Assembly (NCBI RefSeq): GCF_022539665.2
Contig: NC_081331.1
Location: 4,898,001-4,962,000 of the forward strand
Origin: Daphnia carinata
Taxonomy: Eukaryota
Direction: 5' to 3'
DNA: 64,000 nt
Shown: positions 51,401 to 64,000 of the stretch, one piece after another
Numbering within the stretch: the stretch's first letter is position 1
Layout: each line of letters begins with the position of its first letter
Position numbers and translations under genes: made by a program
Notes under the pieces: generated by a model
Database searches by the model: none
What the model was told of the DNA's origin: nothing
What the model saw: only the letters and a program-made list of their open reading frames with translations

Positions 51401-52625
51401 GGCGAAGTTAAAAAGGCGTTCGATACTGCCTTCCATTTTGCCGAAGTCAATGCTGATAAGGTTTACTGGAAATACAAAGGCACCGGTCAGCCGTTGAAGC
51501 TGATCGACAAGAGGACCGACGAGTAATATTTCCATAGAGTTCGGCGTTTATTCAAGTTGCCTAACAAAATGCTTTGCACATTGTCATAGAATCGGCCTGT
51601 CTATCAGCACTAAAGCTGTCGGAAAATTCCAGCGCGAAGATGTCACGGACAATTATAAGCACAAAGACAGTATGTTCGCGGATTCAAGTTGAACAACAAA
51701 AGGACTGTAGCTACTCTAATTTTATTTTATTTCCTTCAAAAGATTCGGCGGAAGAGAGAGAGGTGGTTCTGAAAGCCCTTCGTCAGTGCGGACATTTGTA
51801 CAGTCGATACTACCTCAACGAGGCCTTAGAGGACGTTCGTTTCGATTTCCAGCTACGCGATGACATTGTTATTGGACAGCCTTTCAGGTAAGGTTTAATT
51901 AAACGTAATTCACTACGGATATACAACATCTTTATTTCTTTATTATTAAATCGTTCAGTGCTGTCGTGACTGTGGCCAATCGAAACCGCAGTAAAGATTA
52001 CACCGTCGAAGTTACTCTGCGCATTGACTCGGTGCTGTACACTGGAAAGCTGAAGAGCGTGATCAAAAAAGAGGTCTTTCAACGCACCATCAAGGCCGGT
52101 ACCGCCCAGAACATTACGTTGCCCGTCTCGTACGCAGAGTACGCACCTGAACTTAGCGACCAATGTGCCTTCAATATTGCCTGTTTGGCCAACGTCAAAG
52201 AGACCGAATTCGAATTCTTTTCGCAAGATGACTTCCGCGTTCGTAAACCCGACATCGCTATCAAGGTAACGCGTGAATAAGCAAAATGCATGTAGGGAAT
52301 TTCAAAGGAAATCATTTGTTTTTCTCAAATTTTACAGGCTCCGACAGAAGTTCCGCTAGGTGAACAGTTTGACGTGACTGTTTCTCTTATCAATCCACTC
52401 CCGATTCAACTAAATGGCGCTAAATTCGTCATCGAAGGGGCTGGACTAGGCACGCCACACAAAATCAGCGTGGATAAGGTAGCGCCTGGCAAAGAAGCCC
52501 GCACTGTGGTTAAAATGACGGCTGCTAAAGCTGGACAGAAAACTGTGTCTGCCAAATTTTACTCCAAGGAGCTCAATGACGTTGACGGATATCTCAACTT
52601 GGATGTTATCGACAATACTGCCTAA
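48481..52625 (+). CDS. Tg: Protein-glutamine gamma-glutamyltransferase (hemocyte transglutaminase / annulin-like), ~13 exons
   Basis: Motifs [23 protein letters not shown], catalytic [32 protein letters not shown] and FAEVNAD. Exons run from 48481-48775 to 52337-52625. Confidence 0.95.
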
Positions 52626-53357
52626 AAAAAGTTTGCTTTTTCTATTTGTTATATTGACACAATTATTTTTCGTCAAGTTTGTCTAACTCTTTAAAAAAAA
52701 GTTTACGCGTGATAAAACGTTACCAAATTAGACCAGAGAACTCTAACTCTGCCAAAAAAAAAAGTGACAATTTAGTGTTTTACGTTTGAGGCGCGCAAGT
52801 TCAACGGTTGTTGGCAAGCTAAAAATGGTGTTTGTGTTAAGCAATTACTAAAATATACTGATAATAATAATACACGGCTAAAACTAAAATTACGCATTGG
52901 ACGGTGGCATAGCGACAAACACTAGGCACGGCGCTAAAGTGTTAGCAACCTCCAATTGAATTAGAAGTCAGAGCTTTTTTAGCTCAAGTTGACGATGACC
53001 AGTATTTCCATCTGCAGCCGTTGGGTTAAACCTTTTGGCTGAGCACGATTGATATACGATTTGAGTACTGCCATAATATAGCGTTGGACATACAAGAGCT
53101 ACTGATGCGAAATACTGGGCCATCGTAAAATTTTCAACTAAATCAATGCGACCGCTCTAAACCTCTGCTCATTTATGTCTCAAGGAATTTAAAAAGCCAT
53201 CTATGGGCCGCTTAAAGTACAGTTTTAACTTGGTAGTTTCGATGGCAATTTATGACAGGCGATCGATCATGTCTGTTGTGCTTTTCAAAAAATGACTTTC
53301 TATTTAACTGCATCGACGTACGACAAAATTTGAAGTTCCTTTCTAGAGCAGGAAGCC

Positions 53358-54691
53358 ATGGCTTTTAGGACGTGTAATTTATCTGCGCGAGCCGTCTTTC
53401 TTTTCAATATTGTAACAGTTTTAGTTCTTGTGACTTATTTTGTGGATTTAGAAAAAAAGATAGCCAATGCTAAGTATAATTCAGAACAGGATTCAAGCCT
53501 GCTTAATAACCAAGTCAATGGTAATAGCGTTGATAAAGTATATCACCTTTCTACTGTACCAGAAATTTTCTTTAGGTGCATTGCTGTCCAACAGTTTCTC
53601 GTCACAAAACCTAACTGTGTTCTACAATCGTGTCCCCAAGACTGGGTCAACCTCTTTTGTTGGTTTGGCTTACGACTTGTGCTCAAAAAATAAATTCAAA
53701 GTACTTCATGTAAATGTCTCAAAAAATGCACATACAATGTCGTTGTCTGATCAGGTAATCATTTACTTTTAAATTCGATGCAACATTGTCAACAACATTT
53801 GTTTGTAGTTGCGGTTTGCAAGGAATTTAAGCAACTGGGATCTGAAGCAGCCATCATTTTACCACGGACACATAGCATATTTAGATTTCGCAAAATTTGG
53901 ATCTTCATCACCATTGTTTATTAACTTAATAAGGCAGCCACTTGATAGAATGGTTTCCTACTATTACTTTTTGAGGTATGGAGATGACTTTCGTCCACAC
54001 GTCATCAGAAAAAAGCAAGGGAACAAAACAGTAATAAGTTTTCAAGATATTGGTAATCCTATGTCTCATTTTTTTCAAATTCTCAAATGCTAGTCATTTG
54101 ATGATTGTGTAAAAGAGGGACAAGCAGAGTGTGACCCAAATAATTTATGGCTCCAAGTGCCTTTCTTCTGTGGTCATCATGCAGATTGTTGGTAATAACA
54201 CTTGATAAAATTCTTAATTTGTTTTAGCAACTGAGTATTTAAAATTTTGAAACATAGGACACCAGGTAGCAGTTGGGCATTCGAACAAGCAAAGAATAAC
54301 TTGGTTAAAAACTATTTATTGGTGGGCGTAACAGAAAAAATGGAAGAATTTGTCGCTGTTCTGGAAGCCACTATTCCTAATTTATTTAAGGGAGCCCTAA
54401 AGCTTTATCGCAAAGGTATTTAAAATTTCGTTTGCATGAAAAAAAAAAATTTCAAATGTGACTGCGATCTTTTCTCTAGGCTCGAAATCTCATTTGCGGA
54501 AAACAAACATGAAGATTCCGCCAAAAGCTGAAACAGTAGCATTTTTTAGAAACTCAACTGTATGGCAGTTAGAAAATGATTTTTATGAGTTTGCTCTCAG
54601 ACATTTTGAGTACGTTAAATCTCGTACCCTTAAACCAGATCTTTCGGCTAAAGGACAACAGTTTTTTTATGAAAAAATTCGTCCAAAATAA
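53358..54691 (+). CDS. Hs2st: Heparan sulfate 2-O-sulfotransferase 1
   Basis: Type II signal anchor; [11 protein letters not shown] (5'-PAPS loop); [37 protein letters not shown]-terminal FFYEKIRPK. Six exons. Confidence 0.95.
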
Positions 54692-54768
54692 ATCGTTTTA
54701 TCAAAAAGCAAAGTTTGTCCGACATTTTTATTCCATGTTCCTTTGGAAGTTGTTTTTACATTAATAAA

Positions 54769-56013
54769 TCAGCTTTTTTTCTGAGTAATAGCTTTGGCTA
54801 CTGCTCTTTGTTTAGCTTTCTCGTACAACGGAAGCAATTGGCCTTTCTCACCAAGCATGCGGAGAAGTTGGACAATTAACGGTAGATAGTTGTGTTTACG
54901 CCGGACATTTTCTACTTTTTGACGCTTCCGTTTGCTTTCTTCTTCTTCGCAAAGCATCAAGAGCCGCTGGATCTCATTTTGCATGTCAGTCGTGATAACG
55001 GACTGTGACTGTAGCCGTTCAATCTCCTTTTGCCACGCTAATTTCCGATCAGGAACGATTGCCATCAAGTTGAAATGAATTTCCCCTTCGCTGTATCTGT
55101 TTAACAAAATCGAATGTTTTCGGAATCTTTCATTTCGCCTGAGAGTGAAGTAATGCAAAACAACCTTTGAATACGTTTCTCGATTATCGGCCTAACGACA
55201 TCGATCCAGTCAGCTTCAGTTGGGATGGCGCCAAGATCAATAGGACCTTCTTTCAAACCATCAAGTTCATATAGGCGGCCATCAATGGGAACATATCCGA
55301 CAAAATGAAAGGTATCGTCATCTTTAGATGATGATTTGGAATCAAATTCAAAGAGAGTTTGTCTGTTTTAAAGACAATGTTTTCATTAATGGAAAAAAAA
55401 ACCCAAAAAGGACAACATTTGAAATTGCTCTAAACCTAGCAAATGAGTTGTGAACACTTCGAATAGTATCACTGTTGCTCAGTGCTAACCCTTTCATATT
55501 GGCATCAAAAGCTTGAGTGAATTCTTTGAACTCTCCAAGAGTGGGGCCCAGATGAAGGTCAGGGTGCTTGCTATTTAGAAGGATACTGATAATGGCTTGT
55601 GTTGCACAAGCATTGTTAATGACCTGTTTGGCAAAGAAAATCTTGTCCAGTCTACTGTCTTGAACAACTGTTCCAACCACTTCTTCATTTGGCACCCACT
55701 TGAAAAGAAATATGAGCCCATGAATAGGTCTGCCACAAGAAAAAAGTTGAACAAATTAATGCTGGACCAAAAAAAATACATCATCTGCAATTACTTTAAT
55801 TTGTCAAACTGTTCTGGATCCAAACTCCATAGCTCTTCAACTTGGACCCCTTGCACTTCTATTTAATTAAAAGAAAAAAAAAATCAAAACCCAACGTCAT
55901 CAAACGAGTCTTTGTCAACGTTTCCATTTTTAAGACATACCGAAATCTCTGATTAATTCAGAAAATACGCCGGGATCACTTTCGATCAAACACCAGTTAC
56001 CAGCATCTGCCAT
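54769..56013 (-). CDS. UCHL5: Ubiquitin carboxyl-terminal hydrolase isozyme L5 (UCH37)
   Basis: MADAGNWCLIESDPGVF; QVINNACATQA (catalytic Cys); FHFVGYVP..LYELDG; ULD tail ENVRRKHNYLP. Confidence 0.96.
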
Positions 56014-59000
56014 TCTTTTTTTTTTTATAAATGAAAATGATACTATGTTGTTTCAATTAAGAATACAAAATCCAACTAACACAGCGGTATGAAATAGTTG
56101 ACAGCAAAGCGAGAATGCAAAAAAAAAAAAAAAACGTCTGCTACAACTACTCGACCGTTGGAAGCCTTTTCGCACTCGTTCTAAGCGACATGTTCATTTC
56201 AAAATACAGAAAATACATCTCCTAAATCCCAATTCTATTGCTGCGAAATGCACTTCTCGTAATGAACACGTAGTCGTTGGCCTTTTGTTCGATTTCAAAA
56301 TCAAGATAAGCTACCGTAGACAGCGGTATGTCTGTAAGCGTGTAATCGCATCTTCAGTTGGCTTGGTCTGTCGGCATTTCATCACGGCATAAGCTAAATT
56401 GATAACATCCCAAAACGAGTCCTGACTAGACAATACGTCATTTGTGGCAAAGGTATTCGTTTCCGTTGGTATTCGCGGTTTTTATTTTTCTTTCCTTTCA
56501 AGAATATATGGGTACGAGAAAAATAATCCTGGGGGTCGCACGGCAACAACGGGAAGCCCCGTCATCAATTGCGGATCGTTGGGCACCCAGCAGGTACTAC
56601 ATCCGATGCACACCAAAATTTCAACCATACAAGCGTTCGAATTTCCCACTAGGTTCATCATCATCAATGGGACTTTCAACTACATTTGCTAATCTTCAGT
56701 CAGACATAGCCACCTATTGGAGGAGAATATGTTTAGCTTCTTTTATTCGCCTCTTCAATTGACATTGTCCTTAAAAGGACACGCATGTTTTCTATTATTC
56801 AAGCAAAAAAGGAGAATTTTTTTTTTTTTTTTTTAAGTAGTTCATAAAAGGACTAGCAGAAACCCACAGGCAGGTATATAAGTTGGAGGGAGGTAACAAA
56901 TGCTTTTTTGGCCTTCCCATCGTTTTTGTAAAAGAGCGGCACTCTGCTTCGCACCAGGATGTTGTTGCTGCTTATTATATCAGCGCAAGTAATTCTTTGC
57001 ATGCGAAGATGTGATGGGAAATTGACGACGATCCCACTAAATGGCAATTCAAGAAAAAAAAAGGAAGAAGATGAACGAGGTTAAAGCTTTTTTTTTTTCT
57101 CCCTCTCTTTAATTCTTTTTTTTTTAAACTTTTTTTTGAGTGCTGATTCAGCGACAAGCTGGAGCCGTCCAGACTGACGGGAGCAAAAAAAAAAAAAAAA
57201 AGAAACGAAAAAAAAAAAAGAAGTCTGACAAAAGCCGAGAACAACCTTGACGTTTTACGTGTAATCACTGCTATGCTAGTTAAAGCAAAACATCTAAACA
57301 AAATTGTAAAAAGAAAAAGGTTGAAAATGTCAGTTTGGACTTTTTGACACGAAAATGAAATAAAAACAGTTGAAATTGATGTTTTCACTTGGCCGCTGTC
57401 TCTCTCTTTTTTTCCCTTTTTCTTGCCACTTATTTCTTTTCCCTCACACTAAAAATGGAAGCAAAGAGCGAGTCGGATAGATTTTTTTTTTTTTCCCTTT
57501 GAGTCAATGGGATCCCCCACCTGGCGACAGTGACATATTTCACGAGCATATCATCGCCGAATAGCCAAAAACGCAGGGGTTGGTCCTCGCTTTTGTTCCT
57601 CACTAAAATAACGACATTTGGGGGCCTCGAGAATTTTTACTTTTTCCCTCATACGTGTAAATGTGTAGAACCTATGGCGAAACAGAGAAGACAAAAACTC
57701 AAAATAAATCGAACAGATTTCTTCCCCATTTTATCCGTTGGCCCATCCACATACGCTCCCCCCCCCCTCTTGTCGCCGGGGCCATAAAAATAAATAAAAC
57801 ACACGGAACCGCGGGGCACGGGAAGTCGGGAACCAAGACACACACAAACACACACACAAGGACGTGTGTATACTCACATGCTCTGTGTAACTTCAGTGTC
57901 CTCCTTGCGGGGCTCTTCTCGGCCTCTTGCACTCCAAAAAGTTAAAAATGCCAAGGCCAAGGAACTTTTTGATTGATAAGAGAGGGCAGCACCTCTGAAC
58001 GTTTCGTCATACGAACGTGCGTGAGTGTTTGTGGGCAAATGGTTGCGTTATCTGATATGATATTTAAAGAAGAAAAAAAAAAGAAAACCCTCTCTGAAAA
58101 TCACTCAGCCATCACTCCACCTGTCCCAATCGTCTCATCCTTCCGTCACGTTGGAATTTGAACCCATACAAAAGAAAAACGAAATACATAAAAAGAAAAA
58201 GGAAGTCGGGGGGGGGGGGGGATATTATTTTAAAAAATTGTGAATTGACTCAACGGTAACTGATGACACGGCCTATTTGGTCCGAGTTCAGTTAATTCAC
58301 ACTGTAGCGGTAACGTCGTGGAATACACAATACTTGCATACAACGCAGTCGTTCTATCGGGCAATTGGCATCAAGTTCGGATACGTTCCAGTGAGTTCCC
58401 GTTTCCCGTTTTCTTTTACTTCCGCCAGTAAGCTCCCCACACAAACACACACCGCTATTACTGGAACCGGTGAGCAATCGGTCTACAAAACCCAAGGAAC
58501 TGAAGAAAGAAACAAAAAAATAATAACAATAAATACAAGTACCGAACCCCCCCCCCCCCTCAAAATAAAGGACAGGAAAATCTAATTTGCCGGTCAATTT
58601 TATTTTATTTTTCAGTTCCCGTTTTTTTTTTTTTTTTTAAGGTCTTTCTTACATTTCTTTCTATTACTTTGGTTTCCCCTTGACTGGGCTCAACCGCATC
58701 GACATGTTTTCACGCAAATGGAGCGTAACCCGTTTTCTCACCATTTTTATTTTGCCTTCACGTCACAAAAAAAAAAAAAAAGACGATGGGGAAATGAATT
58801 TAACATCCAATGAGTTCATTTTCGGACGCAAGGGAAAAAAAGCCATCAACTTCTAGTGGTAACCATTAGACTCTGAATATGGCCGCAGAAGCCAGCGCAC
58901 CTTTCGCTCTCAACAGGTAAGCAAAAAGACTTGAGGGCGATTTCAAAGCCGCCATTGTTATGACACTACGAAAAGAAAAATGTAGATATTTTATTGAAGC

Positions 59001-61297
59001 TCTCCAATCAAAGAACAATGCAAGCGGTTTCACAAGTGTGAATAGCTTTTCAAGGTTTTTTTTCTTTGCTTTAAAAAAAAAAAGAAAGAATTGATCGAAT
59101 AAAAATTGAAAAAAAAAAAAAAGGAAGGTGATGTTCCAGAAAACAAGAACGGTATCGGCCTTTTTGAATGGAACGCACCGAAACACAATCCGGAATTTTG
59201 GATGGCTCTTTTTTTTTTTTTCTTTTCCCTTTACTACTCGTTGGTATACAGCGCAGGGGGTTAAAACAAGATGGAATGTTTTCATTCAATCAACAAGGTA
59301 GATGGACCACAACACAGGCAAACTTCAACAAAAAGAAGGGGAGGGAGTAAATCAACGGATTTTTTTTTTTTTTTGAAAAGAGTAACCCTAAACCTCTTTT
59401 TCTTGAATTTCCCTTTACTCCAGTGATAATAAAATAAAAGAAGAAGAACCTGTAAAAAAAAAAAAAAAAAATGTGCCGCCGTATGTCAATCCGGTGCCCA
59501 GCATTTTTCTTTGCTCTTTCCCCAGTCGTTTTCCACCTTTTATTTTTTTGCTTATGTTTTCCCTCTACTGTTTGGGGCGTATTATTTCAACTCTTTTATG
59601 CTTTTTCAACAAGTTCCCCATTTTTCTTGTTTAATCACAGGAAATTTGCTGGCCTTTTTTTTTTTTTTGCCCGGTCGTCTTCATCTGCCGTGTTTTCACT
59701 TCCGCTATTGTGTTTTTGACGATGGGATCGCCCTCCCCCCCTCTAAAAAAGAGTTCCTGACAAACAAGATACTATATACACGTAGATCTTATTTCCCTCT
59801 TTTTTTTTTATATATCCCTCCGTTGCAAATGGCCGTCTCGTGGGAGAATCACGTGGGTTCCCCTTCCATCATCAAGGATATAAAAAAAAGATATTGTACC
59901 ATTCCACTGTGTCGTATACGTACATGGAAATAAAAAAAAAGAAAGAAAGAGAGAAACGACACAAGAGACAAAGAGAAAGAAAAACAAAAGAAAGTTTTTA
60001 AATCGCACTGTATAAAAAACAAAAAAAAAAAAACTATGCGCGTTCCAGCAGCAAAAGCCAACACGAGCAGACGGGTCTGGACAGACAATTCACCTTTAAA
60101 AAAAATAATAAATAAAAGGGCGGGGTGAACGAGTTATTACCAGATGCCTATCTGAAGAAGATCCTCTTGTTTTAAATGGAGACACACGCGCCGAGCTTAT
60201 GTTTGTTTGTTTATTCAACTAAATAAAATAAAATTTGAAATCGTTTTATCTCGAAAAAGCTGCTACCACCAGTGAAATAGATTTACCCCTTTTATTTCGT
60301 CTTGATTTAAAAAAAAACAAAAAAACGAAAGAAAAACAACACATTTTGATGACCCTCTGTCAATAAAAAAAAGAAACAAACAAAACTTGCCCAGACATTT
60401 GCTGGGCAAACGGGGCGGAATATAAAAAAGGAAAGAATTTCTAGAAAATCCAGTAAGACCTGAGGGCCATCGATAACATCCGACTTTTTGGGTGGCGATT
60501 ATTTCGTCCAGTTTTTACTTTGGGAAAAATGAATTTCAAATGAGTGTAAACAAATCCAAAAAACGAAATTTGAAAATGAAACTGAAGTCGATTGTTGGGG
60601 GGGGGGGGGGGGGGGATTCCAAATAATAAATGGAAGAGCCGGGAGGATTGATCCACTGATGAAACATCATGCATTTTAATTGGAAAATCATCGCATCGGG
60701 TTAAAGGATGAGCACTGCGGGTGTAACGGAATGTTTCCACCTTTTCTTATTTTTTTTTTTTCCTTTTATTTCTTCCCCCCCACGGGCCGACAGGTTTCAA
60801 CTGTTTATTCATTTTGGCCTCCCCCCCCCCCAAAAAAAAACAACTGTTTGTACTTTCCTTCGAATATTATTCAATTTTTTTTTCAGAAGCAGAAAGAAAA
60901 CAACAATTAGCAAAGAAATTTCTTCACAATTGGCCTATCTATTCTACTCGTTTGCATATCAGTAGATCATACATCCATTAGCATAAATTGCTTTTGACCA
61001 TTTCTCTTTTTCTCATTTCATTCCTCCCCACGCTTTTAACCGAAACGATGACCTGACGCGTTGCTACGTCAACCGTCGTTATGAACTATAACGTACACAC
61101 AAGTCAAATGTCTGTTTGGCTTCACATACATGCAAGTTGGAAAATAGCATCGATCAGAGTGTACCTACACTCTGTACAGCTCCTCTTTTTTTTTTTTTTT
61201 TTTGTTGTAACGTGTGTTTCCTATTCCCTCCTCTTTCATTGTATATACTACACCTCCCCCCCTTTGCCAAACTCCTCCGGCTCTCTCCTCCTCCTAA

Positions 61298-61299
<2 letters not shown>

Positions 61300-61375
<76 letters not shown>
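61300..61375. repeat. Perfect (GT)38 microsatellite
   Basis: Uninterrupted GT run of 76 nt. Confidence 0.95.
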
Positions 61376-61377
<2 letters not shown>

Positions 61378-64000
61378 TGATAGCAGTGGCGAGAGATACA
61401 AAAATTTCAAAGTGCCAGGGCCACAGTTCAGTTACCTGCGTCCGTAGTCCGTCAACGGACGTGTTTCGGCATCTACCTGCCAATTCTTTTTTGTGTTTTC
61501 TCTGAATTTTATACCTGAAGTCTCTCAAGAGGCTCACCTTTATTTGAAAAACGCCAATAGAGGCCAGTGGTATAGGAGAAAAAAAAAGGAGAAAAAATCT
61601 GGCCGTTATAGTTTTATATTTCCCCCTCTGAGAGAAACAGCGTCGGCTTCTTCATGTCGGACAGTAGGCCAAAGTGAAGTCAGTGGAACGGCTTCGAAAT
61701 CATTGTCGTGTTTAAAAAAAAAAAAAAAAAAGAAAAAGGAAAACATTCAAATTTTTAGGGAAAGAAAACGGTCGATACTCGTTAGCCCGAGCCAATTGTG
61801 TGTGTGTGCTATTTCCACTACGGTGGTATATAACGTGATTGCGATTCATTACAACAGATTTTCTTGTGTGTGCTTGTGTGTGTGTGTGTGTGTTTGTTGT
61901 GTGTGTGGCTGAACTGAAAAAGCAAAAAGAAAAACTATTTCCGAAAGAGAAAGAAAAATAACCGCCGTTTTTTTTATGTGCCGTGACTTGCGGGAATCCC
62001 GCACGCGCGCTCACGTCAACCCCCATCCCTCTTTTTCTGTGCTGGTGCATTATTTAAAAAAATATTTTAAAGTGAACCAAAATCCCCACCAGCCCTTTTG
62101 CATAGCTGATTTGCAACAACCCATTTCGACGTAACCATCAAAAGGAGAATACACCACCAGAGTGTGTCTGCGTCTATGACAATTGCTACCGGGTCTTTCA
62201 ACTTAACAATTTTCTACTTCAAAAGGTAAAAAAAAAAAAAAAAATATATACCTAATATAAAAATGTCAGAATTTGTGCGTACGTCTTTTTTTTTTTTTTT
62301 TTTTTTTAATGTTATTTGCTTCCTCTCCTTTTTCTAAAATTTCGCTCCTGGGTCTTTCTGGTCTAAAGCTCAGACTCTCTCCTCTTTTTTTTTTTTTTTG
62401 ACTGGCTAACATCCTCTATACACGACCTATATCTCTTTCCTAGTTGTATAGACAACAACCTGAGAAAGACGGTTGCGGTCGCCTGCGGATGTGGTGGGCT
62501 TGATTTTTACATGCAGAGCTGCTGCTCTCCGTATTCATTTCTTTTCTATACGCATCCTCATCTTGTTATTTCGACGCTATCGGAAAAGAAAAACGCATTT
62601 TTCAAGCCCTCACCGATATTTAAAATATCGGTCGTGACGATTGATCCTCTATTTTTTTTTTAAAGCATTTTTCGTTGTCGATGGAACAATTCCTTTTTGT
62701 TTTACTATTTTCACCGTTGCGTACCCAAAAATAGATAACAACACAGACCCAACGGCGAAAAAGTAGGTCATCATCATACCCATCGGTTTTCGTATGAACT
62801 TTGATTATGTCATTCTTTTCTTTTTTTTCGAATACAAACAAAATAATGTCCCTGTGTTCCCAATCTGCTATAAAATGCATAGACGTTACATTTGAAGCCG
62901 GCCTCAATCGTGATTGAAAATTCGAATCATCTCGAAAATGTCCGTTGGGCTCTCATCTTTTTCATATAACAACCGGCCGTTAGAGCGCCGTTGTTATTCC
63001 GGCCCACCCATCTGCCCCAAACAAAACAAAAAATCGCTCTCTCTTTGATGTGTGTATATATACATATATATATATATAAAAAAAAAAAAAAAAAAAGGGC
63101 CTCTCCCCCTCGTCATCAATAGAGCGTTGGCAGCTGCGCCACATACGTCTATTGTGTGTCCCAGACACGGTTTGAAATTCGAACGGTTGCGTTTACCCAT
63201 ACGCACAAAACATCTTGTCGTGTTCCGAGTACAAGACACACTTCACAAAAAAAAGATGCAGCTTCAACTTCCCCTCCCATAGATCTCGGATTTCCGGAAG
63301 GAGAGAAGACGCCAGAGTTTCGAGCAGATGTTTTTGTTCTTACGAACGTTTCTAATTTCCATTTTCCATGAAAAAAAAAAAAAGGGGGGAAGCAGAAAGA
63401 TGTGCACAGATTGTTGAAAAACATTTCAAAAGTTGGATGAAATCATACAGACATTAAAGCAGAAAATGTCATTCATCAAACGTGCGCGGTCTATTGATCA
63501 AGTCGGTCGTCAAAAGAGAGAGAAAACTTTTTTGTGGGTTGTTGTTATGTGGTCGTTGATTTCGCTTGGATGTTCTAAAGCCATAAAGCACTGATATGAT
63601 ATTTTGGCGTTCGAGAAATCGGGCCGCACGCGTGTCTTCCTCGTCCCGCTTTCGTGAACGCTTAAGCCATTATTCATTGCGCTCTAGCGACTTCTACTTT
63701 TGGGAACTTGGTTTTCGACTCTTTGCAAGCTCTTCTTTTTTTTTATTTCAGTCAAGAAAATGGACGTACTTTTCATACGGAATTTTATAGAAAACGAAAA
63801 AAATTGGCTTCACAGCGCACATGAAAATGAATCTCATTTCTTTCTTTTTTTGCGAATGAGAAAAAAAAAACATGGAAATAAATCCTTTTTTTTTTTTTAA
63901 ATATAAAGAAGAAAAGAAAGAAAAAGCGAGATGGAACGGTCGTCCGGAATCGAGGCCATCCGCGCCCGTCTAAAAGGGGATAGGATGTCAGAGGATTCAT

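Noticed and set aside
56520..56575. SECIS-like stem on the minus strand (ATGACGGGG...CCCC..GA)
   Set aside because: No apical AA motif, and no upstream selenoprotein-like frame could be identified.
62612..62632. Short palindrome ACCGATATTT-A-AAATATCGGT
   Set aside because: An isolated 10-bp stem in AT-rich DNA; plausible by chance and without supporting context.
57000..64000. ORFs with VCVCVC, THTHTH and poly-F/K stretches
   Set aside because: Translations of microsatellites and homopolymers.
1..64000. CRISPR arrays, rRNA genes, prokaryotic operons, intact transposase or reverse transcriptase
   Set aside because: No repeat-spacer periodicity, rRNA motifs or catalytic TE motifs were found. 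The sequence is intron-containing eukaryotic DNA.

Overview
Eukaryotic, AT-rich, gene-dense DNA with many short (~55-120 nt) GT-AG introns. The intron sizes and gene set suggest an arthropod, most like a Daphnia-type crustacean (inference, not a database match). Eleven spliced protein-coding loci or alternative exons can be built by hand: a Tret1-like sugar transporter with two candidate first exons; ATP synthase subunit k (DAPIT/USMG5) head-to-head with RRP5/PDCD11; a large uncharacterised protein ending in a Mieap/SPATA18-like domain; a protein joining EGF-like, TOM1/GPR137-like 7TM, RING-CH and 2TM modules; a divergent pair of C2H2 zinc-finger genes; a likely lipidated transglutaminase; and Hs2st tail-to-tail with UCHL5. 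The most unusual structure lies at ~38.5-44.5 kb. It is a near-perfect ~1.42 kb-arm palindrome whose ~530 bp spacer holds three degenerate tRNA-like units. Its arms carry remnants of a spliced gene. It is bracketed by older inverted repeats containing outward-facing CTCF-like motifs, by ~100 bp direct repeats ending in a hairpin, and on the left by a C26-A68 run. The last ~7.5 kb is non-coding, low-complexity sequence. All exon structures were read by eye and need RNA-seq confirmation.
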